Shown in pieces: positions 26,130-37,525 of a stretch of DNA of 64,000 nucleotides. The stretch covers positions 19,034,001-19,098,000 of the forward strand of contig OZ336892.1 in NCBI GenBank assembly GCA_965287045.1, written 5' to 3'. Every line of letters begins with the position of its first letter. The stretch's first letter is position 1. The notes under the pieces are model-generated. The model saw only the letters and a program-made list of their open reading frames with translations. It was not told the DNA's origin and did not search any database. Source of the DNA: Carcharhinus amblyrhynchos. Taxonomy: Eukaryota. A program made the translations under genes and the position numbers.

Positions 26130-26149
26130 TACACACACACACACACACA
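26130..26149 (+). repeat. (AC)n microsatellite at the start of BLMH intron 1
   Basis: Direct reading. Confidence 0.9.
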
Positions 26150-26247
26150 TAGGAACTGCAACTGGAAATCCAAGTGACACAAAAGGACGGCTCAGCACAG
26201 TCCCTCCCAACAGAGCGAGGTTGCACAAAGGGAGGGAAGCTCCTTAC

Positions 26248-26257
26248 CCGCTGTCAT
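26248..26257 (-). CDS. BLMH: Bleomycin hydrolase coding exon 1 (ATG ACA GCG G: M-T-A-G)
   Basis: agaATG followed by G|GTAAGG donor in phase 1, matching exon 2. Sits in the CpG-rich region. Vertebrate BLMH exon 1 likewise encodes only a few residues. Confidence 0.8.
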
Positions 26258-26370
26258 TCTGTAGCCGGGAGGGTGGGGAGAACAAAAAAAGTTGCCTTCT
26301 TCTGGATGATCTGCAACTTTTAAATAATTCGCCAGGAGTCACGAAGGGCTGCAGCGTCTTAAAGGAAGCA

Positions 26371-26391
26371 CCGGAAACAGGAAACCGAAAC
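26371..26391 (+). promoter_or_regulatory. ETS plus ISRE/ETS-IRF composite motif CCGGAAACAGGAAACCGAAAC
   Basis: Contains CCGGAA (ETS) and GGAAACCGAAAC (reverse complement GTTTCGGTTTCC, ISRE core), about 115-135 bp upstream of the BLMH ATG. Confidence 0.5.
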
Positions 26392-26937
26392 AAGTTGAGG
26401 CAGCAGAGAGACCAGCCTGGGATGTGTCAGGAGCGGACAGTCTGTGTGTGGCTGCAGCAGCGACCGGGCAATTTCACTGCAATCCCAGGACCACCTCCCA
26501 CGCCTCTTCCTGGAGCCCCGGGGCTATCTGATTGCTTGGTTTAAATGACAAAGATTAAAAATAACCCACATTCTCTTCTCTGCCAGACACTGGCAGCAGG
26601 GTGCATTACACTGAGGGCTGCATGTACGTGTATTGCCTGCCCGGAGATAGGAAGAAACCTTCACTATTCCGGGATGTTTTAACACAATAAACATCCCCCC
26701 AGACACCTATTACCATGTCGACAAAAAAAAACAAACTTTTTTAAACATATAGGTTTCACAACCGTATCTTAATGCCTAATGAAGGAAATTCCCATACATA
26801 GGTAGGGCAGAAGATGCTACTTTCAAATCACAGTTTCAAATAACTTTTCCACGCATCCTTGCCATTTCCTCGCCTAGACAGGGTGTCCAACCAGTGTGCA
26901 TTTCTTCTCTGCCACTCATTAATAGCACAATGTCTCG

Positions 26938-27427
26938 TATAGAATCATTACAGTGGGGTGCAGTGCAGAAGGAGACCATTTGGCCCATCGAGTATGCACA
27001 GACCACAATCCCACCCAAGTCCTATTCCCATAACCTGTCTTATTTACTCTGCTAATCCACCTGACATCAAAGGGCAATTTATAGAGTCATAGAGGTTTAC
27101 AGCATGGGAACAGACCCTTCGGCCCAGTTTGTCCATGCTGCCCTTTTTTAAACCCCTAAACTAGTTCCAATTGCCCGCATTTGGCCCATATCCCTCTATA
27201 TGCATCTCACCCATGTAGCTGTCGAAAGGCTTTTTAAAAGACAAAATAGAGCTTGGCCAATCAACCTAACCGGCACAGCTTTGGACTGTGGGAGGAAACC
27301 AGAGCACCTGGAGGAAACCCAGGCAGACAACATGCAAACTCCACACAGACTGTGGCCCAAGGCCAGAATTGAACTCGGGTCACTGGCGCTGTGAAGCAGC
27401 AGTGCTGACCACTGTGTCACCATGCCA
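26938..27427 (-). mobile_element. HE1 tail-A copy interrupted by a short CR1 3' end (about 27081-27245)
   Basis: SINE sequence stops at GGGCAATTTA and resumes at AGCTTGGCCAATCAACC. Confidence 0.8.
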
Positions 27428-27854
27428 CTTTATGCCTTAACTATTCTCAATCCCAGCTCCGGGTTGAAGAGCAATTGGAGGGAGGAGGCACAATTAATTT
27501 GTGATCATAATTCAGGGAGGAAAAGGATACAGCTTTTACTGCTCTAGTTCTGGCCTGAAGTATGTATGAATAGGCCAACGTCAAGATGAAGGCTGCAAAT
27601 CCTCAGGGTAAGATGAAGCCCAAGATGGGGTGCAATGCCTTTTCTTGTAGCTTGGATCTTGTGGCCACTCTTGTGGGGACCATGAATTAGATTCATTTGG
27701 AATTTGAATTTGGTTTTTGGAGCAAGCAAGGAATGGATTTGGGTTTACCCGGTCCTTTCTGAACATTCGCTTTGTAACCTAAGGATGGTGTTTCTTTTTT
27801 TAATCCTCAAATGGCCACATAATTCAGGGAAATATTACCAATCACACACCACAG

Positions 27855-28113
27855 ATATATTCCCTTCCACTGTCTTCCGTTGGGAAGAGATACAAATGCC
27901 TGAGGTCCGGTACCAACTGACTCAAGGATAGCTTCTTCCCTGCTGCCACCAGTCTTTTGAATGGTATTAAGTTAATCTTTCTCCACACCCCAGCTATGAC
28001 TGTAACAGTACATTCTACACCCTCTCCTTTCCTTCACTATGTACGACATGCAAGAAAGAATACTTTTCACTGTATACAAATACATGTGTCAATAATAAAT
28101 CAAATCAAATCAA
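27855..28113 (+). mobile_element. Rex1/Babar-clade LINE 3' end
   Basis: LP.GRRYKCLRSGTN.LKDSFFPAATSLLN C-terminal motif, 3' stem-loop, AATAAA and (ATCAA)n tail. Confidence 0.7.
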
Positions 28114-28349
28114 AAACAATGCTCACATCTCATGAAAGAATTAAAACAAAATCCAGTATTTTCTGTTGGAAGCCATTTAGATAGGTTTTGGTATTAGCAG
28201 CAGCAATTATATTGTATGTATTTATAAGTTAATGGCTAAAGCTAGCCTAGGGAGAATAAATATCATGATTTAAGACATATGTAGAAATAACACAGCATGA
28301 GGGAGAAAGAAGCTACCATGTGTTGTTATATGCTCTGCCTGAGGCCAGA

Positions 28350-28450
28350 ACTCTCCATTCACCTGACGAAGGGGCAAACCCCGAAAGCTTGTGAGTTTAC
28401 TATCAAATAAATTGGTTGGACTTTAACCTGGTGTTGTGAGATTTCTTACA
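28350..28450 (+). mobile_element. Penelope-like element terminal-repeat fragment
   Basis: Hammerhead motif followed by AAATAAA..GTTGGACTTTAACCTGGTGTTGTGAG, also found at 5290-5325 and 42325-42355. Confidence 0.65.
28357..28396 (+). ncRNA. Minimal type-I hammerhead ribozyme motif (Penelope-like element type)
   Basis: ATTCAC-CTGACGA-A-GGGG(CAAA)CCCC-GAA-AGCT-T-GTGAGT: stem I pairs 6/6, both core boxes intact, palindromic AGCT in place of stem III. Confidence 0.7.
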
Positions 28451-28729
28451 GGGTTTTTTAAATCACAGGAACATGCCCATGCTCGCTGCTTCAGTGATTT
28501 TCTCTCTGCAACCTTCAGCCTCTGACTCAGTTTTTGTAAAGATATTAACCTGCTTTACAGCAGCACTGGGCACTTGTGAAGTTAGTCACTGAAAAAAACC
28601 TTAAACACGTAACAAAGGAATTTTGCATACAGCTTCCTTATTCTACAGTTGCACAAACCTAGTTCATGGTTCATGTTTCAACTATCTGTCTTTTCGTGCA
28701 ACATGTAATTTTAAGGAATTAAAGTTTAA

Positions 28730-30076
28730 TTGTAGAAGATGGGATCAATACAATTAAAGTAGCTCAGGGTCTATTAAACTCAAAAGATTGAGGCCATGTT
28801 GCTTTAAGCGGTTAGCGGCTAGAAGATCACAAAACAGTAAGTGGGCTAACTTAGCTGGAGAACTGGAGATGTGATGTCTTCATTACTTGAGAAGCGGCAC
28901 AGTCCATTGAGGTGATTTCGTTTGGGACTTAGATTAGAGCCAAAATGGTTTAAAAGCATTTGGTAAATTTTGAATAGTTGTAAAATCCATTTAGTTTAGC
29001 TTTTTAAAAAGTAACTTGTAAATAAGGGATAATTAAATTAAAGGCCTGTTTGAGGATAGCCCAGACAAACTAATTCATCATGGAGTGGAATTTAGGAAGG
29101 CTCTCTGGTTCAGTTTATCTGGGTGTTGGCAGGAAGAGCTCTTCAGTTGCAATTTGGACCTTGTGTGGTTTGAAGCTCATTGAGAGAATTTAGTCAAAAT
29201 AAATGACAATTATACACACCTGCACTGTAAGTAAGGTAAGCATTTACTCTGACCATGAGGAGGGCAGGTGAGGCTTAATCTCAGTTCAAATTTTGTGAGT
29301 GCCTAGTTAACATAGTGGGGGAATCGACAATGGGACTCACAATGTCTTATTGCAAAAGGAAATAACTAGTGGAAGTCTTGAAAAGTTACTAGAACAAGAC
29401 CTTCACAGTCATGAGATGGCAAATGAAAGTTTTTACCTCTGAGACTATCTTGTGCTGAAGGACATTCTCCTGAGGACTGTTTCATATTTAAGTATGGTCC
29501 CTACAGAAGTAAATAACTTTAATAATGAAGTGTCGTGTAAGAGAATTCTCAGAGTGGGAAGTAGTGGGGTGGCACAGTGGCACGGTGGTTAGCACTGCTA
29601 CCTCACAGCTCCAGGGTCCTGGGTTCAATTGCCGGCTTGAGTCACTGTCTGTGTGGAGTTTGCACATTCTCCCTGTGTCTGCATGCGTTTCCTCCCACAG
29701 TCCAAAGATGCATGGGTTAGGTTGATTGGCCATGCTAAATTGCCCCTTAGTGTCCCAGGATGCATAGGTAGGAGGAATTAGCATGGCCAATATGTGGGGT
29801 TACAGTGTAGGGCTTGGAGAGGATTGTTGTTGGTGCAGACTTGATGGGCTGAATGGCCTCCTTCAGCATTGTAGGGTTTTTATGATTCTAGACCTGAGTG
29901 CATAACATATAGAGTTATAAATCAAATTGTTAAGTTATTAGTGCTTGATTTGTTTAAGTCTTTTATATGCAACTAAGTATGTTTTCTTTAAAAAGTGGTA
30001 ACATCTTGTGGCATAGTTCTGTTGGTTAAAACGAGGTATTTTTGTAACTGGTAACGGGCTTATCCAGATCTTAACA
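28730..30076 (+). mobile_element. Possible solo LTR with a nested HE1 (29565-29890)
   Basis: Starts TGT and ends GATCTTAACA; similar style to 34.1-35.6 kb, which ends GATCATAACA. No internal gag/pol seen; left boundary uncertain. Confidence 0.35.
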
Positions 30077-30469
30077 CTACTCATCCTGAACAGATGGTTT
30101 TGAGAACTTTACATTTTTCTTAACGTTTCTGTAGTTTTGATATTATTTCTTTAAAAATTGAGCACACATGTGATTTCAATGTTTCCAAGTGCCACTGCAC
30201 AATTAAATATTTCCAAATATTTATACAAGCTTAGGTTTGTTGAACCATAAGAATATCTGTCATCCAGATTTATAGAGAAGCAAAGTCCTATGAACAAGAA
30301 TGCAATTACTTTTATTTTCAAGTCAGTTATGACTTCACTCCTCCATAAAAACCTCTATAAAATGTACATCAGTGTGTCAGACTTTATGAATATTGTTCAT
30401 GTCCATTGAGCAGCCCCAAAATTTTAATAGTCTTACTTCACCAAAGCTCCAACATAATTGATTTCCAAG

Positions 30470-30822
30470 TTTTCTTATTCATTTGTGGGACATGGGTGCA
30501 GCTGGCTGGCCAGCATTTATTGCCCATCCCAAGTTACCTGAGGGCAGTTGAGTGTCAACCACATTGCTGCAGTTCTGGAGTTTCATGTAGGCCAGTCCAG
30601 GTAAGGACAATAGATTTCCTTCCCTAAAGGACATTAGTGAACCAGATGGGCTTTTCCGACAAATGGTTTCATGGTCATCAGTAGATCTTTAATTCCAGAT
30701 TTTTTTATTGAATTCAAATTCCACCATCTGCCATGGTGGGATTTGAACCCAGCTCCCCAGAACATTAGCTGAGTCTCTGGATTAATAGCCAAGCGATAAT
30801 ACTACCAGGATGTTGCCTTTCC
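30470..30822 (-). mobile_element. SINE family 2, full length
   Basis: Same as 1197-1550. Confidence 0.85.
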
Positions 30823-32938
30823 ACATGTGTTTGTTCTAATGATGAGGGCATCAAATATGTGCATCAAGTGAAATAGGTTTACAATTCCCTTTCTAAATAA
30901 TTTGTTGCTATGTCTGTTTATTGTTGTCACTTCAAATTAATTCAGTAAACATTATGCCACAAAGTAATTGTCCACTCTTTAAAATGGACATTGGTTGACA
31001 AAGGGAGGGTGGTGATGATCTTACCAGAACTTGGCAAAGTGTCAGTTCTGCCAAGGAAACTAGGGTGAAGTTCTCCAACTCCACTGACCAGTTTTCGCTC
31101 CAGATTTTGAACCTCTTAGTCTGAAAAAAAGAGTGGCTGTGGCTTATGTCATTACTCTGGTGAAGTGGGGATTCTTAGAATCATAGAATCTACAGTGCAG
31201 AAGGAGGACTTTTGGTCCATCGAGCCTGCACCGACAACAATCCCACCCAAGTCCTGTCCTATCCTCATAATCCCATGTATTTACCCTCCCAATCCCCCTG
31301 ACATTAAGGAGTAATTTAGAATGGCCAATCAACCAAATCTGCACATCTCTGGACTATGGGAAGACACCGAGCATCCACAGGAAACCCACACAGACATGGG
31401 GAGAATGTACAAACTCCACACAGATAGTCATCTGAGGACAGAATTGAACCCAAGTCCCTGATGCTGTGAGGAAACATAACCACTGTGCCACCATGCTGCC
31501 CCAACTCTTAGAACTGACAACAGGTTCCACTGAGATCAGGGCGCCATCTTTAAAGGCCATCCTGATTGGCACATAAAGCTGAAACCATCCCCCCACACCC
31601 ACACACGCACATGATCATTGCTGGCAACCCCATTGCATCCACTCCCATTATCGCTGGCATTCCCATCCCCAACCAGTCCCCTCCTCCACTGTGTCACCAT
31701 TGCCTGAATTTGCATCCCCCCTTCAGTGCCTGCTCCCCCAGACCACAAAACAATGCCCCCCCCCCGCACCCCCCCACCACCACCACCACCGCTGTGCCAT
31801 ACCTGGCCGTGTCCCTGTATCCCCGGCGGCTATACTTACCATTGTGACCCCCGGAGGGATGGGCTTGACAGGTTTACGTTTGGGTAAACCTGTCGAGAAA
31901 TTCGCTAATGTGATGTCACATTGGCTGAAGTATGAAAAGTTAGTGAGGGCGATCATTTGGCAAGGGAATTATATCATTACATATACATTTCTTGAAATTT
32001 TTTAAGATAGGGTTCTTGCCCAATAATGGGAACCTGATGACATTGCCAGTGAAGGGCGGGAAAATCGGAAATCGCGATCTTGGTTTTCCCTAAATTTGAG
32101 CCCCTTCCGAGGATTGTACGCATGGGGAATGTGGGGCTCAGGACCCCATCCCTTGCCTTTAAGGAGTCGGAGAAAGCTACATTTTCCATTAATTCATCAT
32201 AATAATAATTATAATATTAAAGAAAGAATCATGATCAGTCAATTTTAAATATCGGTGGTTAGCACGGCTCGTCTCGCTGTTTGTGTGGAGTTTGCACATT
32301 CTCCGTGAGTCTGCATGAATTTCCTCCGGGTGCTCCGGTTTCCTCCCACAGTCCAAAGGTGTGCAGGTTAGGTTGATTGGCCATGTTAAATTGACCCTAG
32401 TTTCAGGGGGATTAGCAGGGTAAAGATGTGAGGTTACGGGGTAGGGTGGGATTGTTGTCGGTGCATACTCAATGGGATGAAAAGCCTCCTCCTGCACTGT
32501 AGAGATTCAATAATTCTATCTTGTTGTGTAAGTATATTGTGTTATTTTAGAATCCAGAATTGCTGCTATGATGCATGAAGCATAAACATAAGTGAGGCAT
32601 GTAGACATCACCTGAGGCTGAAGAAATGATAAATCTGTTTTTGCATGTGAATTGGCTTATTCTGATAGTAAGTATCTAAAACACAAGCAAAATATGATAC
32701 TTAGAAATACATACACCCAAAAGATACGTCTTCTTTCATCCATTATGCACAAATCTGTGCATAAATACATAAAATACCGTATCTCTGCATGATAAGTTTT
32801 ATTACTGAAAACCTTGTCATTTTAATTCATATAAATCTAGAAGTGAAAATTCCTCTCCCAAAGAATTCCATTAAATGCATGGGTCTTCTGAGCTTTTAAC
32901 AATTTTAACAATTCCACAGCAAATTTAATTTGCCATCA

Positions 32939-33245
32939 GGGGCAGCACGGTGGCACAGTGGTTAGCACTGCTGCCTCTCAGCACCAGGGACCCAGGTTTG
33001 ATTCCCGGCTTGGGTCATTGTCTGTGCAGAGTCTGCACGTTCTCCCCATGTCTGTGTGGGTTTCCTCCAGGTGCTCTGGTTTCCTCCCACAGTCTGAAAG
33101 ACATGCTGTTTAGGTGCATTGGCTGTGCTAAATTCTCCCTCAAAGTACCTAAGCATACGCCTGAGTTTGGCGACTTGGAGTTTTTCACTGTAACTTCATT
33201 GCAGTGCTAATGTAAGCTTACTTGCGACACTGATAAATAAGCTTA
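32939..33245 (+). mobile_element. HE1-type SINE, tail B, full length
   Basis: As 358-660. Confidence 0.9.
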
Positions 33246-34528
33246 ATGTATACTTACTAGTGAATTAACAGGGATGTATTGTCACAGATCCTTTATGCAT
33301 AATATTTAATAGTGCTATTCTGATCATCTAATGACATCAGTTAGGGCAGGCAAATAATAATAAACCATAAGTAAAATTCCCTATTTGGAAAACCTAATGT
33401 GATACTTTCTATCGCAATTTTTTACAACTGAATGGCTTGTTAGGCCATTTCAAACCATCGTTGAGAATTAACCACATTGCTGTGACTTTGAAACCTCATA
33501 TAGGCCAGGCCGGGTAAGGAAAACAGATGCCCTCTCCTGAAGGGCATTTGTGAACCAGATAGATGTTAACTAAAATCCAATAGTTTCATGAGCATAGTAA
33601 ATGAGACTAGCATTTTATTTCCAACTTAAATTTTTACAGCTGTCATGGTGGAATTTGAACTCCTGTCTCTGGACTATTCATCTGGACCACTAGTCCAGTA
33701 ACATTACCATGATGCCAGCATTTCCCATATACCATCCTGACTTGGAGCTATGTCACCACTCCTTCACTGTCATTGGGTCAAAATCTTGAACTTCCTGTAA
33801 CTTTGAGAAGAATCATAGAACTCCCTACAGCGCAAAAGGAGGCTATTTGACCCATTGTGACTGTATCGACTCTCTGACCGAGCATCTTACTCAGGTCCTT
33901 TCCCCCGCCCTATCCACGTAACCCCACTGCTAACCACTGTTCCACAGTGCCGTCCCTAACCTCTGAACATTGGAGCTTCCGCTTAGATGGTAAAATCCTG
34001 GTGTTTGTGGGCTTTTTTTCCAAAGAGACAACAAAGATGTTAGAAATGTCAGGAAAACAGTTTTAAACAATCTATATTTTATTATTAAATAGCAAAAGTA
34101 AGGTATAATTTGAAGTGGGTTTAATTTACTAGCTCTGTATAAGGAGAAGTAAACCTATAGTTAGCTTTACGCTAGACAAAGGTGTTGTATGTGAGGGGAT
34201 TAGCTCAGTTCAAACTGTACTTCTATTGTGCTTAGAGAGGGCAACAGCATGAAATGTAAACAAGCTGGCAGAAGCAAAAAGTCATTGCTTAGCAACTGGG
34301 GGATCTTTTAGGGTAGGAAGGCTTCTTGAGTTTAGTTTTGGCTGAATACTTGGCACTTGGATATAGGCAATGAGAGAGAAGGCGACTCTTACAGCTCTGC
34401 TAGAAATAATCAGTTTTAGAAGGCTAGCGAGGGAAACATCTCTCTCAGCTTTGCTGGAAGAAAGACCTTACCATGGAGTATTGATTAAGAAGACAAGTAT
34501 TGATTAAGAAGACAAGATTAAGAAGACA

Positions 34529-34741
34529 TTAACTAAAATCTAACAGTTTCATGAGCATGGTAAATGAGATTAACATTTTATTTCCAATTTAAGTTTTTAC
34601 AGCTGCTTGGTGGAATTTGAATTCCTGTCTCTGGACTATTCATCTAGACCACTAGTCCAGTAACATTACCATGATGCCAGCATTTCCCACATACCATCCA
34701 GACTTGGAACTATGTCACCAATCCTTCACTGTCACTGGGTC
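34529..34741 (+). repeat. Local duplicate of 33566-33779
   Basis: About 213 bp of high similarity, 963 bp apart. Confidence 0.85.
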
Positions 34742-35186
34742 CAAGCTCCAAGGTTCAGAAGTTAGGAGCAGCACAGTGGCACAGTGGTTAGCAGTGATAG
34801 GTTACGGGAATAGGGTGGGAGAGAAAACCTGGAGTGGATTTCTTGTTAGAAGTGGGGTAGAAGCTTTGTTGAGAGGATAGTTTGGAAACTGCATGTATTC
34901 TAAATGCAAGCAGCTGATGGAAAACATTATTTGAAAGAAGATTTTATGCATGACATTTTGGGAGTGGAGTTTGGAAATCCTCATGTAACAATCATCTGGA
35001 TAGATTGTGAGAAGAAATTCATGGAAAATCAATTGAGTGGCACTGGAAATTTGGTTTCAGAGTGGGGTGTTACCTTTGAAAATTAGATACATTTGTGAAG
35101 CTACAGGAGGAGTAAAGGACTGTTGTATTATGATCAAGCATTTCATATACATTACATGTTTTATTCTTGTTGCTAAAAGCTAATGG

Positions 35187-35492
35187 CGGGGCGGCAAGGT
35201 GACACAGCAGTTAGCATTGCTGCCTCACAGCACCAGGAACCCAGGTTTGATTCCTGGCTTGGGTCACTATCAGTGTGGAGTTTGCACATTCTCCCCATGT
35301 CTGCATGGGTTTCCTCCAGGTGCTCCGGTTTCCTCCCACAATCCAAGAATGTGCAGGTTAGGTGCATTGACCATGCTAAATTCTCCCTCAGCATACCTGA
35401 ATAGGCACCGGAGTGTGGTGACTAGGGGATTTTCACAGTAACTTCATTACAGTGTGAATGTAGGCCCACTTGTGACTAATAAATACACTTTA
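35187..35492 (+). mobile_element. HE1-type SINE, tail B, full length
   Basis: As 358-660. Confidence 0.9.
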
Positions 35493-35619
35493 ATGAGCAA
35501 TCCTGTGTCTCAATTCCTCCATGTTTGCTTAAACAAAGTGAAGCTCTACAGTCTTCTGAGCCAGGATACCATCCTGGGACCTTCCTATCCAGTGGGAACT
35601 CCAGGTGGGATCATAACAG

Positions 35620-37525
35620 AAAGGCTTTCTTTACTTAAAGTTGGTAAGACACCAGGACTTAGATGACACATCTAAGGATACTGAGTGAGATGAGTGTGGA
35701 AATTTCAGAGGCACTGGTAATAATCTTCCTTAGGCACAAAGGTGGTGCTGTGGGACTGAAGAATTGCAAATGCTACACCCTTATTCAAGAAGAGTTGCAA
35801 GGAAATTGCCAGCAACTACAGACCCATCATTTTGACTTCAGTGGTAGGGAAATTTCTGGAAACCATAGTTTGGGACAAAGTCATTAATCAGTTACAGGTG
35901 CAGGATAATTAAGGCAAGTCAGCATGGACTCATTAAGGGAAAATCAGGTTTAACTAGCTTGCTGGTGTTTTTTGAGGTGATAGCAGAGAAGGGTGATAAT
36001 GGCAATGCTGTTGCTATGGTATATATGGATTTTCAGAAGGTATTTGATATAGTGCCATACAACGGACTTGTGAAGAAAGGTTTAGCTCATGGAATAAGAG
36101 GGAAAGTGGGCACTCGGATAAGAAATTGGAAGGAAAACAGAGAGTGGTGATAAATAGTTGTTTTTCAAATTCACAGAACACCTACAACGCAGAAGGAGGC
36201 CATTCCACCCATCAATTCTGCATTGACTCTTACCCAGGCTTACTGCGTCCATGTATTTACCACGCTAATCCCCTGAGCCTGGGACATGAAGGGGCAATTT
36301 AGCATGGCCAATCAACATAACAGGCACAAGTTGGAGTGAGGTTTGTAGTGAATTCCCCAGGAGTCAGTGTTGGGACTCTTGCTCTTCTTGATATATATTA
36401 ATGTCCTGGACTGTGATGCTCAGGGCATGATTTCAAAATTTGAGGATGACCCAAAGTTTGGAAACATTGTCAGCCATAATGAGGAAAGTCTTGAATTTCA
36501 AAAGGACATAGAGATAGTGGTGGATTGGACAGACAAGTGGTAGATGAAGTTCGAAGAAGTTTGAGGTGATTAATTTTGGAGGAAAGAATGTAGAGAAACA
36601 GTGGGTGAGATTCTCCGGCCATGCTTGCCCCAAAAACGGAGAACCCTGCCCGAGGTCAATGGACCTATGCGTGGTCCCCCCCCCCAACCCCCCAATCCCA
36701 CTCCCAACCCACCTCCCCACCCACCCCCCACTCCTCCACCTGCTTCGATTCCCATGGCAGGCAAGACGGGGAAATTCCTCCCAATATAAAACAAAGGTTA
36801 AAAACCCCTAAAGAGGTGCAGGAACAAAGAAACCTCGGTGTTTATGTACATAAGTCATTGAAGGTGGCAGGGCAAGTAGCGAGAGCTGTTAATGAAACAT
36901 ACAGTATCTTAGGTTATATTAAGAGGGGAATTGAGTACAGGAGTAAGGAGGTCATGTTGAACCTGTATAAGACACTAGTCAGGCTTCATCAGAGGGAGCA
37001 CTGCGCTCAGTTCTGGGTACCGTAATTAAGGAGGGATGAAGGCATTGGAAAGGGTACAGAGGAAACTCACAAGGATGATTCCAGGGATTAGGAATTGTAG
37101 CTATGATGATAAATTTGAGAGGCTGGGTCTGTTTTATTTGGAGTAACAAAAAGTGCAGAGAAGAGATTTGATAGACGTATTCAAGGTGTCGAAGTGTATG
37201 GACAGGATAAATAGTGAGACGCAGCATTACATTAAGAGTTAAAGGGCACAGATTCAAAATAATGGGCAATAGGAGTAGAAGTGGTGTGAGGGAAATGTTT
37301 TTATGCAGAGGCAGGTCAGATTCTGGAATGAACTTCCTCAGAGGATGGTGAAGGCAGGTTTGATCGAGATATTCAAAAGGGAATGGGTTTGTTACCTGAA
37401 AATAAATATTGTAGAGGTTACAAGGATAAGACAAGAGTTTGAGATTAGGTAGAGTGGTCATTCAGCGAGCCAGTGCAGACTCAATAGGATGAATGGCCTC
37501 CTTCTGCACTGTAAAGACTCTATGA
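35620..37525 (+). mobile_element. Long degenerate CR1 (HER1-like) LINE with nested HE1 fragment and MITE
   Basis: VYMDFQK.FD.VP, PQESVLG.LLF, LYKTLVR; 3' end identical in form to HE1 tail A. Confidence 0.88.
36603..36782. mobile_element. MITE-like element with GGG.G.GATT...AATT.C.CCC termini
   Basis: Interrupts a CR1 and is homologous to 42817-42943 and 20384-20478. Confidence 0.6.

Larger units (their letters stand above)
25840..26540 (-). promoter_or_regulatory. CpG-enriched promoter / 5' UTR region of BLMH
   Basis: Locally high GC and CpG content, no SINE insertions, GC-box-like GGGGGCGG near 26090, ETS cores GGAA at 26364-26385, surrounds exon 1. Confidence 0.65.

Noticed and set aside
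26083-26544. 153-aa + strand ORF over the BLMH promoter
   Set aside because: No ATG start, runs through an (AC)n repeat, no recognisable homology; expected in GC-rich DNA.
26712-26716. ATG|GTAATA as BLMH first exon
   Set aside because: Phase 0, incompatible with the phase-1 exon 2; 26248-26257 fits better.
32939-33012. tRNA-like sequences with A and B boxes
   Set aside because: SINE heads continuous with SINE bodies; no complete cloverleaf.
34477-34528. Short direct repeats that might suggest a CRISPR array
   Set aside because: No spacers, shrinking units, vertebrate DNA, no cas genes.
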